Assembly: GCA_023263105.1 (NCBI GenBank)
Contig: JALQXR010000001.1
Span: 9,891-73,890 of the forward strand
Origin: Marivivens sp.
GTDB taxonomy: Bacteria > Pseudomonadota > Alphaproteobacteria > Rhodobacterales > Rhodobacteraceae
Reading direction: 5' to 3'
DNA: 64,000 bases
Position 1 is the stretch's first letter. Each line of letters starts with the position of its first letter. The translations under genes were made by a program, and so were the position numbers. Shown in pieces: positions 36,694-47,709 of the stretch. The notes beneath the pieces are model-generated. The model ran no database searches, was not told where the DNA came from, and saw nothing but the letters and a program-made list of their open reading frames with translations.

Positions 36694-38028
36694 ATGTTCC
36701 GAACCTTTGCCCTGACACTGGCCGCGATGGCGGCGGTCGGACCGGCGGTGGCCCAAGAGGTTACGACCTTTGATCTGGACAACGGGATGGACGTCGTCGT
36801 GATCGAGGATCACCGCGCGCCGGTCGTTGTGCATATGCTGTGGTACCGCGCGGGATCCGCCGACGAGCCTCCGGGGCAATCCGGCGTCGCGCATTTTCTA
36901 GAGCATCTGTTGTTCAAGGCGACCGACACCATGGCAGCCGGAGAGCTGTCACAGGTGGTCGCCGCCAACGGCGGGTCGGACAACGCGTTCACCAGCTACG
37001 ATTACACCGCCTATTACCAACGCGTCGCGGCGGACCGGTTGGACCTGATGATGCGGATGGAAGCCGACCGGATGAACAATCTGCGGCTCACTCCCGAAGA
37101 CATCGACACAGAGCGCCGCGTCATTCTGGAAGAGCGCAACCAGCGAACCGAGAACGACCCCAACGCATTGGCCCGCGAACAGATTCGCGCGGCCCTGTAT
37201 ATGAACCACCGCTACGGCGTCCCCATCATCGGCTGGAAACACGAAATGGAGGACCTGTCCCAAGAGGATGCGCGGGATTTCTACGATCTTTACTATTCGC
37301 CCAACAACGCGATCCTTGTCGTGGCAGGCGATGTCGAACCCGAGGCGGTTCTGGCCTTGGCTCGGGAACATTACGGTCCGATTCCGGCCGAACCTGACCT
37401 GCCCGAAAGGTTCCGCCCGAAAGAGCCTCCGCAACTGGCGGAACGGCGTCTGACTTTCGTCGATCCACGGGTGTCGCAGGCCTATGTGACACGGTCCTAC
37501 CTTGCGCCAGAGCGGGATGCGGGCGCGCAGGACGAGGCCGCCGCACTGGTCTATCTGGCAGAGCTTCTGGGCGGGTCGTCCTTTACCTCGGCCTTGGGCA
37601 AGGCACTGCAATTCGACACCCAGACAGCGGTGTTTTCCGGTGCCGGATACGATCCCATGAGCCTAGATACCTCGTCGTTCTATGTTTCGGTCGCGCCTGC
37701 GGCGGGGGTGTCCCTGTCCGAAGCCGAAGCCGCCATGGATCAGGTGATCGCGGATTTCATCGCGAACCCCATCGACGAGGCCCAGATGGAGCGCGTGCGG
37801 ACCCAGCTTCGCGCCTCTGAAACCTACGCGCTGGACAACGTCGAAGGCATCGCGAACCGCTACGGCGCCGCTTTGACTCAGGGTCTGACGGTCGAGGATG
37901 TGCAGGCATGGCCCGCCATTCTTCAGGCGGTCACAGCCGACCAGATCAAGGCCGTGGCCGCACGTGTTCTGGATCGGCGGCAATCCGTGACGGCGTGGGT
38001 CGTCGCAACTGAAGCGGAGGCAAAATGA
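36694..38028 (+). CDS. M16-family zinc peptidase (pitrilysin-like), catalytic subunit
   Basis: The inverted zinc motif HxxEH is present (GVAHFLEHLLFK). Signal peptide. Confidence 0.88.
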   Translation: MFRTFALTLAAMAAVGPAVAQEVTTFDLDNGMDVVVIEDHRAPVVVHMLWYRAGSADEPPGQSGVAHFLEHLLFKATDTMAAGELSQVVAANGGSDNAFTSYDYTAYYQRVAADRLDLMMRMEADRMNNLRLTPEDIDTERRVILEERNQRTENDPNALAREQIRAALYMNHRYGVPIIGWKHEMEDLSQEDARDFYDLYYSPNNAILVVAGDVEPEAVLALAREHYGPIPAEPDLPERFRPKEPPQLAERRLTFVDPRVSQAYVTRSYLAPERDAGAQDEAAALVYLAELLGGSSFTSALGKALQFDTQTAVFSGAGYDPMSLDTSSFYVSVAPAAGVSLSEAEAAMDQVIADFIANPIDEAQMERVRTQLRASETYALDNVEGIANRYGAALTQGLTVEDVQAWPAILQAVTADQIKAVAARVLDRRQSVTAWVVATEAEAK

Positions 38029-39329
38029 TGCTGAGCAGGTTCATCGTCGCCCTATTCATCCTGTTTGCCGCGCCCTTGCGGGCCGAAGTCGCGATCCAAG
38101 AGGTCACCTCGGAGCAGGGCATCGGGGCGTGGCTGGTCGAAGAACACTCGATCCCGTTTGTCGCGCTTGAAATCCACTTCGAAGGCGGTTCTGCGCTGGA
38201 CGCCCCCGGGAAACGGGGCGCGATCAACCTGATGACGGCCTTGATCGAGGAAGGCTCGGGCGACATGGACGCGCAGACCTTCCAGACCGCCAGAGAGTCT
38301 CTGGCCGCCAGCTTTTCGTTTCGCGTCTATGATGACGGGATGTCGGTGTCGGCTCGGTTCCTGACTGAAAACAGGGATGCGGCGGTTGCCCTGTTGCGTC
38401 AGGCGCTGATCAGTCCGCGGTTCGACCAAGACGCCATCGACCGCGTGCGCGGTCAGGTGCTTACCGCCATCGCGGCCGAGGAAAAGAACCCCAACCGGAT
38501 CGCGGGGCGGGCCTTTTATTCGGCGGCCTTCGGGGATCACCCCTACGGCTCGTCGCAGAACGGCACGGTCGAAAGCGTCAATGCATTGACGCGTGACGAT
38601 ATGGTGGCGGCCCATGCCGCGACTCTGGTCCGGTCGCGCGCCAAGGTCAGCGCGGTGGGCGATATCTCGGCCGCCGAATTGTCGCTGATCGTGGACCAGT
38701 TGCTGGGCGATTTGCCGGCCGAGGGACCCGACCTGCCCGCCCGCGTGGAATTCGGTCTAGAGGCAGGCGTGACCGTCGTCGGATACGACATTCCGCAGTC
38801 AGTCGTCTTGTTCGGCCACTCTGGCATGACGCGCGACGATCCGGATTTCTTTGCGGCCTACATTCTGAACACCATTCTGGGCGGTGTCGGGCCTCGGTCG
38901 GTCCTGATGGAGGAACTGCGGGAAAAGCGCGGCCTGACCTATGGCATCTACACCTATCTGGTGCCGCGCGATCACACCGAAATGGTGCTGGGGTCCTTTG
39001 CGTCGTCGAACGACCGCGTGGCCGAGGCCGTGTCGCTGGCCCGCAGCGAATGGGAACGCATCGCGACCGACGGCGTAACCCAAGAGCAGCTGGACGAGGC
39101 AAAGACCTATCTGACCGGCGAATACCCGCTGCGGTTCGACGGCAACGCGGATATCGCGGGGATCATGGTCGGGATGCAGGTTCAGGGATTGCCGACCGAC
39201 TATGTCGTTAATCGCAACGACTACATCAACGCGGTCACGCTGGACGAAATCAACCGCGTCGCCGCCTATCTGCTGAAACCGGACGAACTGCATTTCACCG
39301 TGGTCGGGCGCCCCGTAGGGCTGGAATAA
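38025..39329 (+). CDS. M16-family peptidase paralog lacking the HxxEH motif (non-catalytic partner)
   Basis: The equivalent region reads [13 protein letters not shown], with no His-x-x-Glu-His. The start overlaps the upstream stop (ATGA). Confidence 0.85.
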   Translation: MMLSRFIVALFILFAAPLRAEVAIQEVTSEQGIGAWLVEEHSIPFVALEIHFEGGSALDAPGKRGAINLMTALIEEGSGDMDAQTFQTARESLAASFSFRVYDDGMSVSARFLTENRDAAVALLRQALISPRFDQDAIDRVRGQVLTAIAAEEKNPNRIAGRAFYSAAFGDHPYGSSQNGTVESVNALTRDDMVAAHAATLVRSRAKVSAVGDISAAELSLIVDQLLGDLPAEGPDLPARVEFGLEAGVTVVGYDIPQSVVLFGHSGMTRDDPDFFAAYILNTILGGVGPRSVLMEELREKRGLTYGIYTYLVPRDHTEMVLGSFASSNDRVAEAVSLARSEWERIATDGVTQEQLDEAKTYLTGEYPLRFDGNADIAGIMVGMQVQGLPTDYVVNRNDYINAVTLDEINRVAAYLLKPDELHFTVVGRPVGLE

Positions 39330-39391
39330 GCGGACCCAAGGGACGGCTTTGCCCCTCGCAGAATCGGCGGGGTTGGGCTATCCCTTGTGGT

Positions 39392-41233
39392 ATGGATATA
39401 GCTGACCCCAAGATAAACCGGCGCCCCGTCATCCGGCAGCTGGACGAAGCGGCAATCAACCGGATTGCGGCGGGTGAGGTTATCGAACGCCCCGCAAGCG
39501 CGGTCAAAGAGCTGGTCGAAAACGCCATCGACGCGGGTGCCACACGGATTTCCATCGACATCGCCGACGGCGGCAAGACCCTGATCCGCGTCACCGACAA
39601 CGGCTGCGGGATGTCGCCCGACGACCTGCCGCTTGCCCTATCGCGGCACGCCACGTCAAAGATCGACGGCAGCGATCTGTTGAACATCCATTCCTTCGGC
39701 TTCCGAGGAGAGGCGCTCCCGAGTCTTGGCGCGGTCGGGCGGCTGTCGATCACCAGCCGCACCGAAGGGTCAGACGCCGCCTCGATTCGCGTGTCGGGCG
39801 GCCTAATCGAGCCGGTCCGTCCCGCCGCCCTGCGGTCGGGCACGGTTGTCGATCTGCGCGACCTGTTCTTTGCGACGCCCGCACGGCTCAAATTCCTGCG
39901 GACGGATCGCGCCGAAACGCAGGCTGTCGCGGACGTGATAAAGCGATTGGCGATGGCCGAGCCTTATGTGTCGATTTCGTTGACCGACATCAGCGGAGGA
40001 GACGGGCGCGTCCTGTTCCGCGCCGACGCTGAACAAGGTGAACTGTTCGACGCGCTGCAAGGGCGGTTGGCGTCCGTTCTGGGCCGCGATTTTGCTGACA
40101 ACTCTGTCCGGATCGACGCCGAGCGCGACGGGCATCATCTGACCGGCTTTGCCGCCCTGCCGACCTATTCGCGCGGCGCGGCGGTGGCGCAGTTTCTGTT
40201 CGTGAACGGACGCCCCGTCCGCGACAAGCTTTTGATAGGGGCGCTGCGGGGCGCCTATATGGATTTCCTCAGCCGCGACCGGCATCCGGCAGCGGCGCTG
40301 TTCGTGGACTGCGACCCGCAACTGGTTGACGTCAACGTGCATCCGGCAAAAGCCGAAGTCCGGTTCCGCGATCCGGGGCTGGTGCGCGGTCTGATCGTTT
40401 CTGCGCTCCGCCACGCGCTGGCAGGGGCCGGACACCGCGCCTCTTCGACAGTCGGCGCTGCCACCTTGGGCGCGATGCGGCCCGAAGGGCAGGGGACCGA
40501 GCCTCGGGTCTATCAGATGGACCGCCCGTCCTACGCCGACCGGCCCATGTCCTACAGCCCGCGTGACAGCGGCTTTGCTGAAATGGCCATGCCCTCGGCC
40601 CGCGTGGAAACCAGCGCGGACATCGACCCGACCGAGCCGTCAAAGGCAGAGCATCTGCCGTTGGGCGCCGCCCGCGCGCAGGTCCATTCGAACTACATCA
40701 TCGCCCAGACCGAAACCGGCATGGTCATCGTCGACCAACACGCGGCCCATGAACGGCTGGTCTATGAAAAGCTGAAAAAGCTGATGGCCGAAAACGGTGT
40801 GCCGTCGCAGGCGCTGCTGATCCCCGAAGTGATCGAGATGAGCTCAGGCGATGCGGCGCGTCTGCTAGAGATCGCGGACGACCTGTCGCGGCTGGGACTG
40901 GCGATTGAACCGTTCGGCGGCGGCGCGATAGCTGTTCGCGAGACGCCCGCCATTCTGGGGCAAGTGGATGCGCAGGCGCTGGTGGCGGACATTCTGGACG
41001 AACTGGCCGATCAGGGTGACGTGACCACCGTTCAAGCTCGGATCGAAGCGATCCTGAGTCGCGTCGCCTGCCACGGGTCGATCCGCTCTGGCCGCCAGAT
41101 GCGGGCCGAGGAAATGAACGCGCTGCTGCGCGAGATGGAAGCGACGCCCCATTCCGGCCAATGCAACCACGGCCGCCCGACCTATGTAGAGCTGCGGCTC
41201 AGCGATATCGAAAGGCTGTTCGGACGCACATGA
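39392..41233 (+). CDS. mutL: DNA mismatch repair protein MutL
   Basis: [38 protein letters not shown]...DNGCGM GHKL ATPase motifs, and C-terminal [11 protein letters not shown]. Confidence 0.95.
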   Translation: MDIADPKINRRPVIRQLDEAAINRIAAGEVIERPASAVKELVENAIDAGATRISIDIADGGKTLIRVTDNGCGMSPDDLPLALSRHATSKIDGSDLLNIHSFGFRGEALPSLGAVGRLSITSRTEGSDAASIRVSGGLIEPVRPAALRSGTVVDLRDLFFATPARLKFLRTDRAETQAVADVIKRLAMAEPYVSISLTDISGGDGRVLFRADAEQGELFDALQGRLASVLGRDFADNSVRIDAERDGHHLTGFAALPTYSRGAAVAQFLFVNGRPVRDKLLIGALRGAYMDFLSRDRHPAAALFVDCDPQLVDVNVHPAKAEVRFRDPGLVRGLIVSALRHALAGAGHRASSTVGAATLGAMRPEGQGTEPRVYQMDRPSYADRPMSYSPRDSGFAEMAMPSARVETSADIDPTEPSKAEHLPLGAARAQVHSNYIIAQTETGMVIVDQHAAHERLVYEKLKKLMAENGVPSQALLIPEVIEMSSGDAARLLEIADDLSRLGLAIEPFGGGAIAVRETPAILGQVDAQALVADILDELADQGDVTTVQARIEAILSRVACHGSIRSGRQMRAEEMNALLREMEATPHSGQCNHGRPTYVELRLSDIERLFGRT

Positions 41234-42411
41234 TCACTCTTAACGGACAGACTTTTGACCTGAGCGACCCCGTCGTGATCGCCGCGATTGCGGTGGTGGC
41301 GCTGTTGTTGATGATCTTTGTCATGAACTGGTCCGCGTCACGCCGTGCGTCGCGCTCGGCCGAGATTTCAGAATACCTAGCGGGCCAGATGGGGGGCATC
41401 ACCCAGCGGGTCCAAAGCCTGTCGGATGGCCAGCAGCAGCTTTTCGGGGGGCTCAGTTCGGTGACCGATGCGCAGGCCCAACAACAGGCGCGGGTGCTGC
41501 AGTTGATGGAGCAGCGGCTGCAGGCCGTGACCGAGGCGATGAACCTGAACCTGACCAATTCGGCGCGAAACACGGCGCAGAGTCTGGGCGAATTGCAACA
41601 GCGGCTAAAGACCATCGACAAGGCGCAGGAAAATATCACCAAACTCTCGGGCGACGTGCTGAGCCTGCAGGACATCCTGTCCAACAAACAGACGCGCGGG
41701 GCCTTTGGGGAGATCCAGCTTCATGACATCGTGTCAAAGGCGCTTCCTTCGGACAGCTATTCGCTGCAGCACACGCTGTCGAACGGCAAGCGCGCCGACT
41801 GCCTGATCCACCTGCCGAACCCGCCCGGTCCCATCGTGATTGACTCAAAATTCCCGTTGGAAGCCTACGAAAAGCTTCGGAACGCAAAGTCCGATTACGA
41901 AGTCAACGATGCGGCACGGCAGCTTCGGACCGCCGTCAAAGCGCATATTAAGGCGATCTCGGAGAAATATATTCTGGACGGCGAGACGGCGGACGGAGCG
42001 CTGATGTTCCTGCCCTCGGAAGCGGTCTATGCCGAACTGCACGCGAATTTTTCCGAACTGGTGCGCGAAGGCTTTGCGGCCCGTGTCTGGATCGTGTCGC
42101 CCACGACCTGCATGGCCACGCTGAACACGATGCGCGCCATCCTGAAGGACGCACGGATGCGCGAACAGGCGGGGGCGATCCGGCGCGAACTGGGGCTGCT
42201 GTATCAGGATGTGGACCGGCTGGGCACTCGGGTGGATAACCTTGACCGGCATTTCGGTCAGGCCGCCAAGGACCTTGCCGACATCAAGATCAGCGCCGAC
42301 AAGGCAGGCCGCCGCGCAAAGCGGCTGGACAACTTCGACTTTGAGGAACTCGCGCCCGATCCGTCAGACGCCGTGGTTCCCCTCGCCCGTCCACAAACCG
42401 GCGAGGGTTAA
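41230..42411 (+). CDS. rmuC: DNA recombination protein RmuC
   Basis: N-terminal TM segment, coiled-coil, then [12 protein letters not shown]...[11 protein letters not shown]...[11 protein letters not shown] RmuC nuclease-like core. The ATG overlaps the mutL stop. Confidence 0.9.
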   Translation: MITLNGQTFDLSDPVVIAAIAVVALLLMIFVMNWSASRRASRSAEISEYLAGQMGGITQRVQSLSDGQQQLFGGLSSVTDAQAQQQARVLQLMEQRLQAVTEAMNLNLTNSARNTAQSLGELQQRLKTIDKAQENITKLSGDVLSLQDILSNKQTRGAFGEIQLHDIVSKALPSDSYSLQHTLSNGKRADCLIHLPNPPGPIVIDSKFPLEAYEKLRNAKSDYEVNDAARQLRTAVKAHIKAISEKYILDGETADGALMFLPSEAVYAELHANFSELVREGFAARVWIVSPTTCMATLNTMRAILKDARMREQAGAIRRELGLLYQDVDRLGTRVDNLDRHFGQAAKDLADIKISADKAGRRAKRLDNFDFEELAPDPSDAVVPLARPQTGEG

Positions 42412-42422
42412 CCCGTCAGAGG

Positions 42423-43079
42423 TCAAATCCGCAGAAAGGGCTGCGCGATGCGCGGGACCAGACTGTTGAACCGAAGTGGCGCGTCGGTGGCAGCCAGACA
42501 AATGCAAGCCTGACCTTCTTCGGCGACCGGAGTGTGCTCTAGGTCCTCGGTTGCGATTTCAATGTCACCGACGTCGAACCGGTCGGTGTCGTCCTTGAAC
42601 GCGCCTTGCAGCACCAGCGTAAGCTCGGTTCCGCGATGACCGTGGTCGGGCACGGCTGCTCCGCCCGGAATGTACAGCAGGCGCACAGAAGAGCCCTTGC
42701 CCGTCTTCAGGATCATCTGGCGAACTCCGCCGCCCACACGCCGCCATTTCACGGCCTCGGCGTCGCCGCCGACATAGTCCTGCAGCGGGGTGGGGAACAC
42801 ACCTTTGGCACGCGGCTTGGTCTTGGTCGCCCCAAGGTCGCTCGAGTCGCCAGCAGCAATCAGCGCAAGTGTCGCGGCAAGCGAGTCGTCCGACAGGTCG
42901 GCGTCACCCGACTGCATCATCAGCTCTCCGCCGACGGCGTCGAATTCGGTCATCCGGGCGCGACAGTCGTCACACATGGACACATGGGTCGCCACCACGA
43001 GCGAGAACCCCTCCGGCAAAGTGCCGGCGGAATAGCTCATCAAGAGCGAGTCGGTCAGGTGATGTCTAATCTTGTTCAT
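42423..43079 (-). CDS. chrR: ChrR-family anti-sigma-E factor (zinc ASD plus cupin)
   Basis: HHLTDSLLMSYSAGTLPEGFSLVVATHVSMCDDCRA (H-x3-C-x2-C anti-sigma domain) plus a C-terminal cupin. It lies directly downstream of rpoE. Confidence 0.88.
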   Translation of the reverse strand: MNKIRHHLTDSLLMSYSAGTLPEGFSLVVATHVSMCDDCRARMTEFDAVGGELMMQSGDADLSDDSLAATLALIAAGDSSDLGATKTKPRAKGVFPTPLQDYVGGDAEAVKWRRVGGGVRQMILKTGKGSSVRLLYIPGGAAVPDHGHRGTELTLVLQGAFKDDTDRFDVGDIEIATEDLEHTPVAEEGQACICLAATDAPLRFNSLVPRIAQPFLRI

Positions 43080-43086
43080 AAGCGTT

Positions 43087-43743
43087 TCACTTCATCGTGT
43101 GGCGCAGTCTCTCTAGCGCCAATCTGATCCTCGATTTGATCGTGCCAAGGGGCAGTCCCGTTTCGGCTGCAATTTCGCTGTGGCTTAGATCGCCGTAGAA
43201 GGCTCTCTCGATCAATTTTCTCTGCTTTTCGGGCAATGCGGCAAGAGCCTGCCCGAGTCGTTCCGTGTCCTGAGCCAGCCCGAGCGCATCATCCTGATCC
43301 GGCTCGGCCTCTGGGCCCCATGTCAATTCCTCGGGCTCGGGCCGGCGTTCTTTGCGGATCATGTCGATCTGCCTGTTACGGGCGATCGTAAATATCCACG
43401 TCGAAACGCTGGCTCGCGTCGGGTCGAACAGGGCCGCCTTGCGCCAGATCGTCGCCATGACGTCCTGCGTACATTCTTCGGCCATGTCCGGACGCGCGCC
43501 CGATTTCATCAAGAAAGCCTTCACGCGGGGGGCAAAGTGGCGGAACAGCGCCGCAAAGGCCGCCTGATCCTGCCTGTCGCGGATGGCCGCGATCTCATCT
43601 ACCCAATCCTTACGGTCGGTTTTTCCTGCTGTGACCACGATCGCCGTCCGTCCAATTGATTTTGTCGCCTGACCGCCGCCATCATAATGGCGGAAAGTCA
43701 CGGGCGCATCCTCTTTTGAAAGCGTTAGTGCTTGCGTGTTCAT
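43087..43743 (-). CDS. rpoE: ECF sigma factor RpoE (sigma-E, singlet-oxygen type)
   Basis: DWVDEIAAIRDRQDQAAFAALFRHFAPRVKAFLMKSG...TWIFTIARNRQIDMIRK...LPLGTIKSRIRLALERLR. The coordinates are the ATG-bounded maximum. Comparison with the R. sphaeroides RpoE N-terminus from memory, and the promoter position, suggest either GTG 43638 or a leaderless ATG 43743. Confidence 0.9.
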   Translation of the reverse strand: MNTQALTLSKEDAPVTFRHYDGGGQATKSIGRTAIVVTAGKTDRKDWVDEIAAIRDRQDQAAFAALFRHFAPRVKAFLMKSGARPDMAEECTQDVMATIWRKAALFDPTRASVSTWIFTIARNRQIDMIRKERRPEPEELTWGPEAEPDQDDALGLAQDTERLGQALAALPEKQRKLIERAFYGDLSHSEIAAETGLPLGTIKSRIRLALERLRHTMK

Positions 43744-43749
43744 GAGGCT

Positions 43750-43777
43750 GATACGCAGGCTGGACCCAATCGGATCA
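43750..43777 (-). promoter_or_regulatory. sigma-E-type promoter of rpoE-chrR: TGATCC-N16-CGTATC
   Basis: Minus strand reads cagTGATCCgattgggtccagcctgCGTATCagcctcATG. It matches the TGATCC / CGTA sigma-E consensus as I recall it from R. sphaeroides. Confidence 0.65.
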
Positions 43778-43801
43778 CTGACGGGCCAAAGATTCTTTTT
43801 C

Positions 43802-43829
43802 AAATCCAGAATGCTGGGCGGTGCGTAGA
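43802..43829 (+). promoter_or_regulatory. sigma-E-type promoter candidate for the divergent FAD-oxidoreductase operon: AAATCC-N16-CGTAGA
   Basis: Same 16-nt spacing and CGTA -10 core. The -35 matches TGATCC at 4 of 6 positions. It lies 38 nt upstream of ATG 43867. Confidence 0.5.
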
Positions 43830-43866
43830 CAGTTCGACCACACAATTCCAACGGAGACCGCACTCA

Positions 43867-45165
43867 ATGCCCTTTGAATCCCCTCAGAACTCTTCCCGTA
43901 AGGTTGCCGTCATCGGAGCCGGCATTTCGGGGATGGGCGCGGCACATATGCTGGCGCGGAACCACCGCGTCACCCTGTTCGAGGTCGAGGACCGTCTGGG
44001 CGGTCATGCCCGCACCCGTCTTGCCGGTCCGAACGGCGATCAGCCGGTCGATACGGGCTTTATCGTTTTCAACTATGCCAACTACCCTCATCTTGCCGCG
44101 TTGTTCGATGATCTGGATGTGCCGGTCGTAAAGTCAAACATGTCTTTTGGCGCGTCGATTGACGGCGGTCGGCTGGAATATGGCCTGTCGGGTCTGAGCG
44201 CCCTGTTCGCGCAAAAGCGCAACATGACCAACCCCGCCTTCCTGCGGATGTGCCGCGATATCCTGCATTTCAACAGCAATGCCCTGGAGGCCGCACAAGA
44301 AGACGGCCTGACCATCGGCGGCTTGCTCGAAAAGCTGGGGACCGGCCGCTATTTCCGCGACTATTACCTGTCGCCGCTGTCTGGCGCGATCTGGTCCACC
44401 CCGACCGAAAAGATTCTGGATTTCCCTGCCGAGGCGATGATCCGCTTCTTCAAGAACCACGCTCTGATGGGCATCAGTGGCCAGCATCAATGGTACACCG
44501 TCGAAGGCGGCAGCAGGACCTACGTCGCAAAGCTGGGGACCAGCCTGCGGCAGCGGGGCGTCGAAATTCGACTCAAGAGTCCGGTCAAAAGCGTCAAACG
44601 CGACCATAGCGGCGTCGAAGTTCACGCGTGGGGCGCCGAGCCCGAGCGGTTCGACGAAGTCGTCTTTGCAACCCATTCCGACGACAGCCTACGTCTTCTG
44701 GCAGATCCGACCGCGACCGAAAGCGCGCTGTTGGGCGCCATCGGTTACCAGCCCAATTCGGTCGTTCTTCATTCTGACGCGTCGATCATGCCCAAGCGGC
44801 GCAAGGTCTGGGCCAGCTGGATCTATGCCGAAGACAAGGACAAGCCCTCGGACCGCATCGACCTGACGTATTGGATGAACTCTTTGCAGCCGTGGCTGAC
44901 GCGCGACAATTTCTTTGTGACGCTGAACACGACCCGTGAAATCCGCGAAGAGCTGATCTGGGACGAAGTCACCCTGCGTCATCCGGTTTACGACAACGCG
45001 GCCCTTGCCGCGCAGGACGGCGTGGCGCGCATCAACGGCAAAAACCACACGTGGTTCTGCGGCGCATGGATGAAGAACGGCTTCCACGAAGACGGTCTGT
45101 CCAGCGCGGTGGATGTCGTCACGGCAATGAACGCGGACCAGCGGTTCGCAGTGGCCGCCGAGTGA
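43867..45165 (+). CDS. FAD/NAD(P)-dependent oxidoreductase, amine-oxidase/desaturase fold (UfaD-like)
   Basis: KVAVIGAGISGMGAAHML...LFEVEDRLGGHARTR dinucleotide-binding fold. First gene of the operon divergent from rpoE. Confidence 0.85.
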   Translation: MPFESPQNSSRKVAVIGAGISGMGAAHMLARNHRVTLFEVEDRLGGHARTRLAGPNGDQPVDTGFIVFNYANYPHLAALFDDLDVPVVKSNMSFGASIDGGRLEYGLSGLSALFAQKRNMTNPAFLRMCRDILHFNSNALEAAQEDGLTIGGLLEKLGTGRYFRDYYLSPLSGAIWSTPTEKILDFPAEAMIRFFKNHALMGISGQHQWYTVEGGSRTYVAKLGTSLRQRGVEIRLKSPVKSVKRDHSGVEVHAWGAEPERFDEVVFATHSDDSLRLLADPTATESALLGAIGYQPNSVVLHSDASIMPKRRKVWASWIYAEDKDKPSDRIDLTYWMNSLQPWLTRDNFFVTLNTTREIREELIWDEVTLRHPVYDNAALAAQDGVARINGKNHTWFCGAWMKNGFHEDGLSSAVDVVTAMNADQRFAVAAE

Positions 45166-45920
45166 GCTCGGGCGTCGAACATATCGCAGGCGAGACCTAC
45201 CACGGTCGTCGCGGGGACGTGAAAAACGCCTTCCGCTACTCTGTCGACTATGTCCTGCTGGACGCCGAGTCGGCGGTTCGGGGCCCCGCATTGTTTTCCC
45301 GCAACGGGGGAAACCTTGCGTCGGTTCAGGACCGCGACCACGGCGGCCTGCCTCACGAAGGCACCGGCGCGGTCTGGGTGCGCGACGTGCTTGCGGCCCA
45401 TGGCATCGACCTGACGGGCCGGATCGACCTGCTGGCCCAGCCTCGGTTGCTGGGGCATGTGTTCAATCCGGTGTCCTTCTGGCTGTGTCATGACGAAGCG
45501 GGCATTTTGCGCGTCGTGATCGCCGAGGTCACAAACACCTTCGGTGACCGCCATTCCTATCTGTGTCACCACGACGACCTGCGCCCGCTGACCAAGGCAG
45601 AAACCGTGGCCGCGAAAAAGGTCATGCATGTGTCGCCGTTCCAGCCGGTCGAGGGCGGTTACACCTTCCGCTTTGACATCACGTCTGACCGGATCGGTAT
45701 CTGGATCGATTACTCGAACGGGCGCGGAGGGTTGATTGCGACCCTGTCGGGCGACCGCAAGCCAATGACCAACGCGTCGATCCTGCGTGCCGCTCTTCGC
45801 CGTCCGTTCGGGTCAAGGCGCGTGCTGGCGCTGATCCACTGGCAGGCGCTCAAGCTCTGGTGGAAGCGGGTCGCCTATCGGCCCCGTCCGCAACCCCCAG
45901 AAGGGGACGTAAGCAGATGA
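45162..45920 (+). CDS. DUF1365 protein (UfaO-like)
   Basis: GETYHGRRGDVKNAFRYSVDYVLLD...VFNPVSFWLCHD...FGDRHSY...HVSPF are typical DUF1365 blocks. The GTG start overlaps the upstream stop (GTGA). Confidence 0.8.
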   Translation: MSSGVEHIAGETYHGRRGDVKNAFRYSVDYVLLDAESAVRGPALFSRNGGNLASVQDRDHGGLPHEGTGAVWVRDVLAAHGIDLTGRIDLLAQPRLLGHVFNPVSFWLCHDEAGILRVVIAEVTNTFGDRHSYLCHHDDLRPLTKAETVAAKKVMHVSPFQPVEGGYTFRFDITSDRIGIWIDYSNGRGGLIATLSGDRKPMTNASILRAALRRPFGSRRVLALIHWQALKLWWKRVAYRPRPQPPEGDVSR

Positions 45921-47149
45921 CCGCGCGACATGACAGGCTGCCGGCTTACGCCGGATTTGCTGCCGTTTTGTCGGCGGCTGGACTGCCGATCTATATTTTC
46001 GCTCCGAAATATTATGCCGACACCTATGGCGTGAGCCTTGCCGCAATGGGCGCGCTTTTGTTCGGGCTTCGTCTGTTCGACGTGATTCAGGACCCTGTTC
46101 TGGGCTGGATCACCGAACGGCTGCGCGCGGCAAAGCGGTTGGCAATCCTGCTTGTCGCGGGTGTGATGGCCCTGTCGATGGTTGGCCTGTTCTCGGTCGT
46201 GCCCCCGATTGCGCCGCTGTGGTGGTTCGGGCTGACGGTGACGGGGTTGTTCACCGCGTTCAGCTTTCTGACGATCAATTTCTATGCCCAAGGCGTGTCC
46301 AAAGCCGCAACGATCCGCGGCGGCCACCTGCGTCTCGCGGCTTGGCGCGAAAGCGGCGGGTTGGTGGGCGTTTGTCTGGCGGCGGTTCTTCCGGCCACTT
46401 TGGCGGCCTTCACGACAGAGCCTTTCGCGGCCTTTGGTATCATCTTTGCCTTGGCCGTCGTTCCCGCGACGCTGTTCATGGCGACCGAGTGGCGACCCGT
46501 CGAGCGACAGGCCGCGACTCCGGTTTCGCTGATCCTGAGCGACCGTATCGCGCGAAGGCTTTTGCTTCTTGCTCTGGTCAACGCGACCCCGTTGGCGGTG
46601 TCGTCGACGCTGTTCCTGTTCTTTGTCGAAACACGGCTGGACGCCGCCGGCTGGGAAGGTCCGCTGCTTGTCCTGTTCTTCCTTGCCGCTGCTGTCTCCG
46701 CCCCGATCTGGGGACGGATCGCCGCGATAAAAGGAGAGCGCTGGACCCTGCTGGTCGCCATGGTTCTGGCCGTCCTGTCGTTCGGCGTGACGATGACACT
46801 TGGGCCCGGTGACGCCGTTGCCTTTGCGGTGATCTGCATCCTGTCCGGCGCAACCATCGGCGCGGACCTGACGCTATTGCCAGCCCTGTTTGCCCGCCGG
46901 ATGTCGGTCATCGCGCCGAACGGAGGGCAGGGCTTCGGACTCTGGTCCTTTGTCAACAAATTCACGCTTGCCTTTGCGGCGGTCGCTCTTTTGCCGGTGC
47001 TGGAACTGTCCGGTTACCGGTCGGCTGAAACCGTCCAACCCGACTCTGCGCTTACCATGCTGACAGTGCTCTACGCGCTGTTCCCAATTATCCTTAAACT
47101 CGCCGCCATAGCCTTGCTTGTCGGCACCCAGAAGGAGGACATCGAATGA
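45917..47149 (+). CDS. MFS transporter (GPH-like)
   Basis: 12 hydrophobic segments; LFGLRLFDVIQDPVLGWITERL loop motif. The ATG overlaps the upstream stop (ATGA). Confidence 0.85.
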   Translation: MTARHDRLPAYAGFAAVLSAAGLPIYIFAPKYYADTYGVSLAAMGALLFGLRLFDVIQDPVLGWITERLRAAKRLAILLVAGVMALSMVGLFSVVPPIAPLWWFGLTVTGLFTAFSFLTINFYAQGVSKAATIRGGHLRLAAWRESGGLVGVCLAAVLPATLAAFTTEPFAAFGIIFALAVVPATLFMATEWRPVERQAATPVSLILSDRIARRLLLLALVNATPLAVSSTLFLFFVETRLDAAGWEGPLLVLFFLAAAVSAPIWGRIAAIKGERWTLLVAMVLAVLSFGVTMTLGPGDAVAFAVICILSGATIGADLTLLPALFARRMSVIAPNGGQGFGLWSFVNKFTLAFAAVALLPVLELSGYRSAETVQPDSALTMLTVLYALFPIILKLAAIALLVGTQKEDIE

Positions 47150-47709
47150 CGTCTACTTTTGCCTTTGCCACCGGACTTGTGGCCTCTGTTCTAGTTATCT
47201 GGCTCCTCGGCCGCTACGCAGCCTTCCGCGCGCAGCGCCCCGAGGATTATGCCGAAAGCGGTCCCAGCTTTGACATTCGCAACCGCCTGAATGGCGACAT
47301 GGTCTGCGAAGGCGTCATCTACGGGCCGACAGGCCGCGTCAGTTCGCGGTTCTTTGCGGATATGACCGTCACTTGGACCGGCAATGTCGGCGTGATGAAA
47401 GAAAAGTTCCAATACGACAGCGGCGCCATTCAGGACCGCGAATGGCGTCTGACCGTTGCCAATGACGGCTCGATCCAAGCGGCGGCTCCGGATGTAATCG
47501 GCGTTGGCGCAGGGCGCGAGTCCGGCCCGACCGTGCTGTTGAACTATCGCATCAAGCTGCCCGAAAGCTCTGGCGGGCATGTTCTAGACACCACCGACTG
47601 GATGTATGTGACGCCCAACGGGTCGATCATCAACCGCAGCCAGTTCCGTAAATTCGGGATCAAAGTGGCCGAGCTGGTCGCGACGCTGCGCGCGAAAGAA
47701 GCCGCGTGA
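47146..47709 (+). CDS. DUF3833 protein (membrane-anchored or lipoprotein-like)
   Basis: N-terminal hydrophobic segment, then FDIRNRLNGDMVCEGVIYGPTGRVSSRF...DREWRL, resembling DUF3833. ATGA overlap with the MFS gene. Confidence 0.75.
   Translation: MTSTFAFATGLVASVLVIWLLGRYAAFRAQRPEDYAESGPSFDIRNRLNGDMVCEGVIYGPTGRVSSRFFADMTVTWTGNVGVMKEKFQYDSGAIQDREWRLTVANDGSIQAAAPDVIGVGAGRESGPTVLLNYRIKLPESSGGHVLDTTDWMYVTPNGSIINRSQFRKFGIKVAELVATLRAKEAA

Noticed and set aside
36694-39329. M16 peptidase pair (one active, one lacking HxxEH), considered as a novelty
   Set aside because: Active and inactive M16 pairs next to lspA and DUF3035 are, as I recall, a common conserved arrangement in Alphaproteobacteria. 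It is not unusual.
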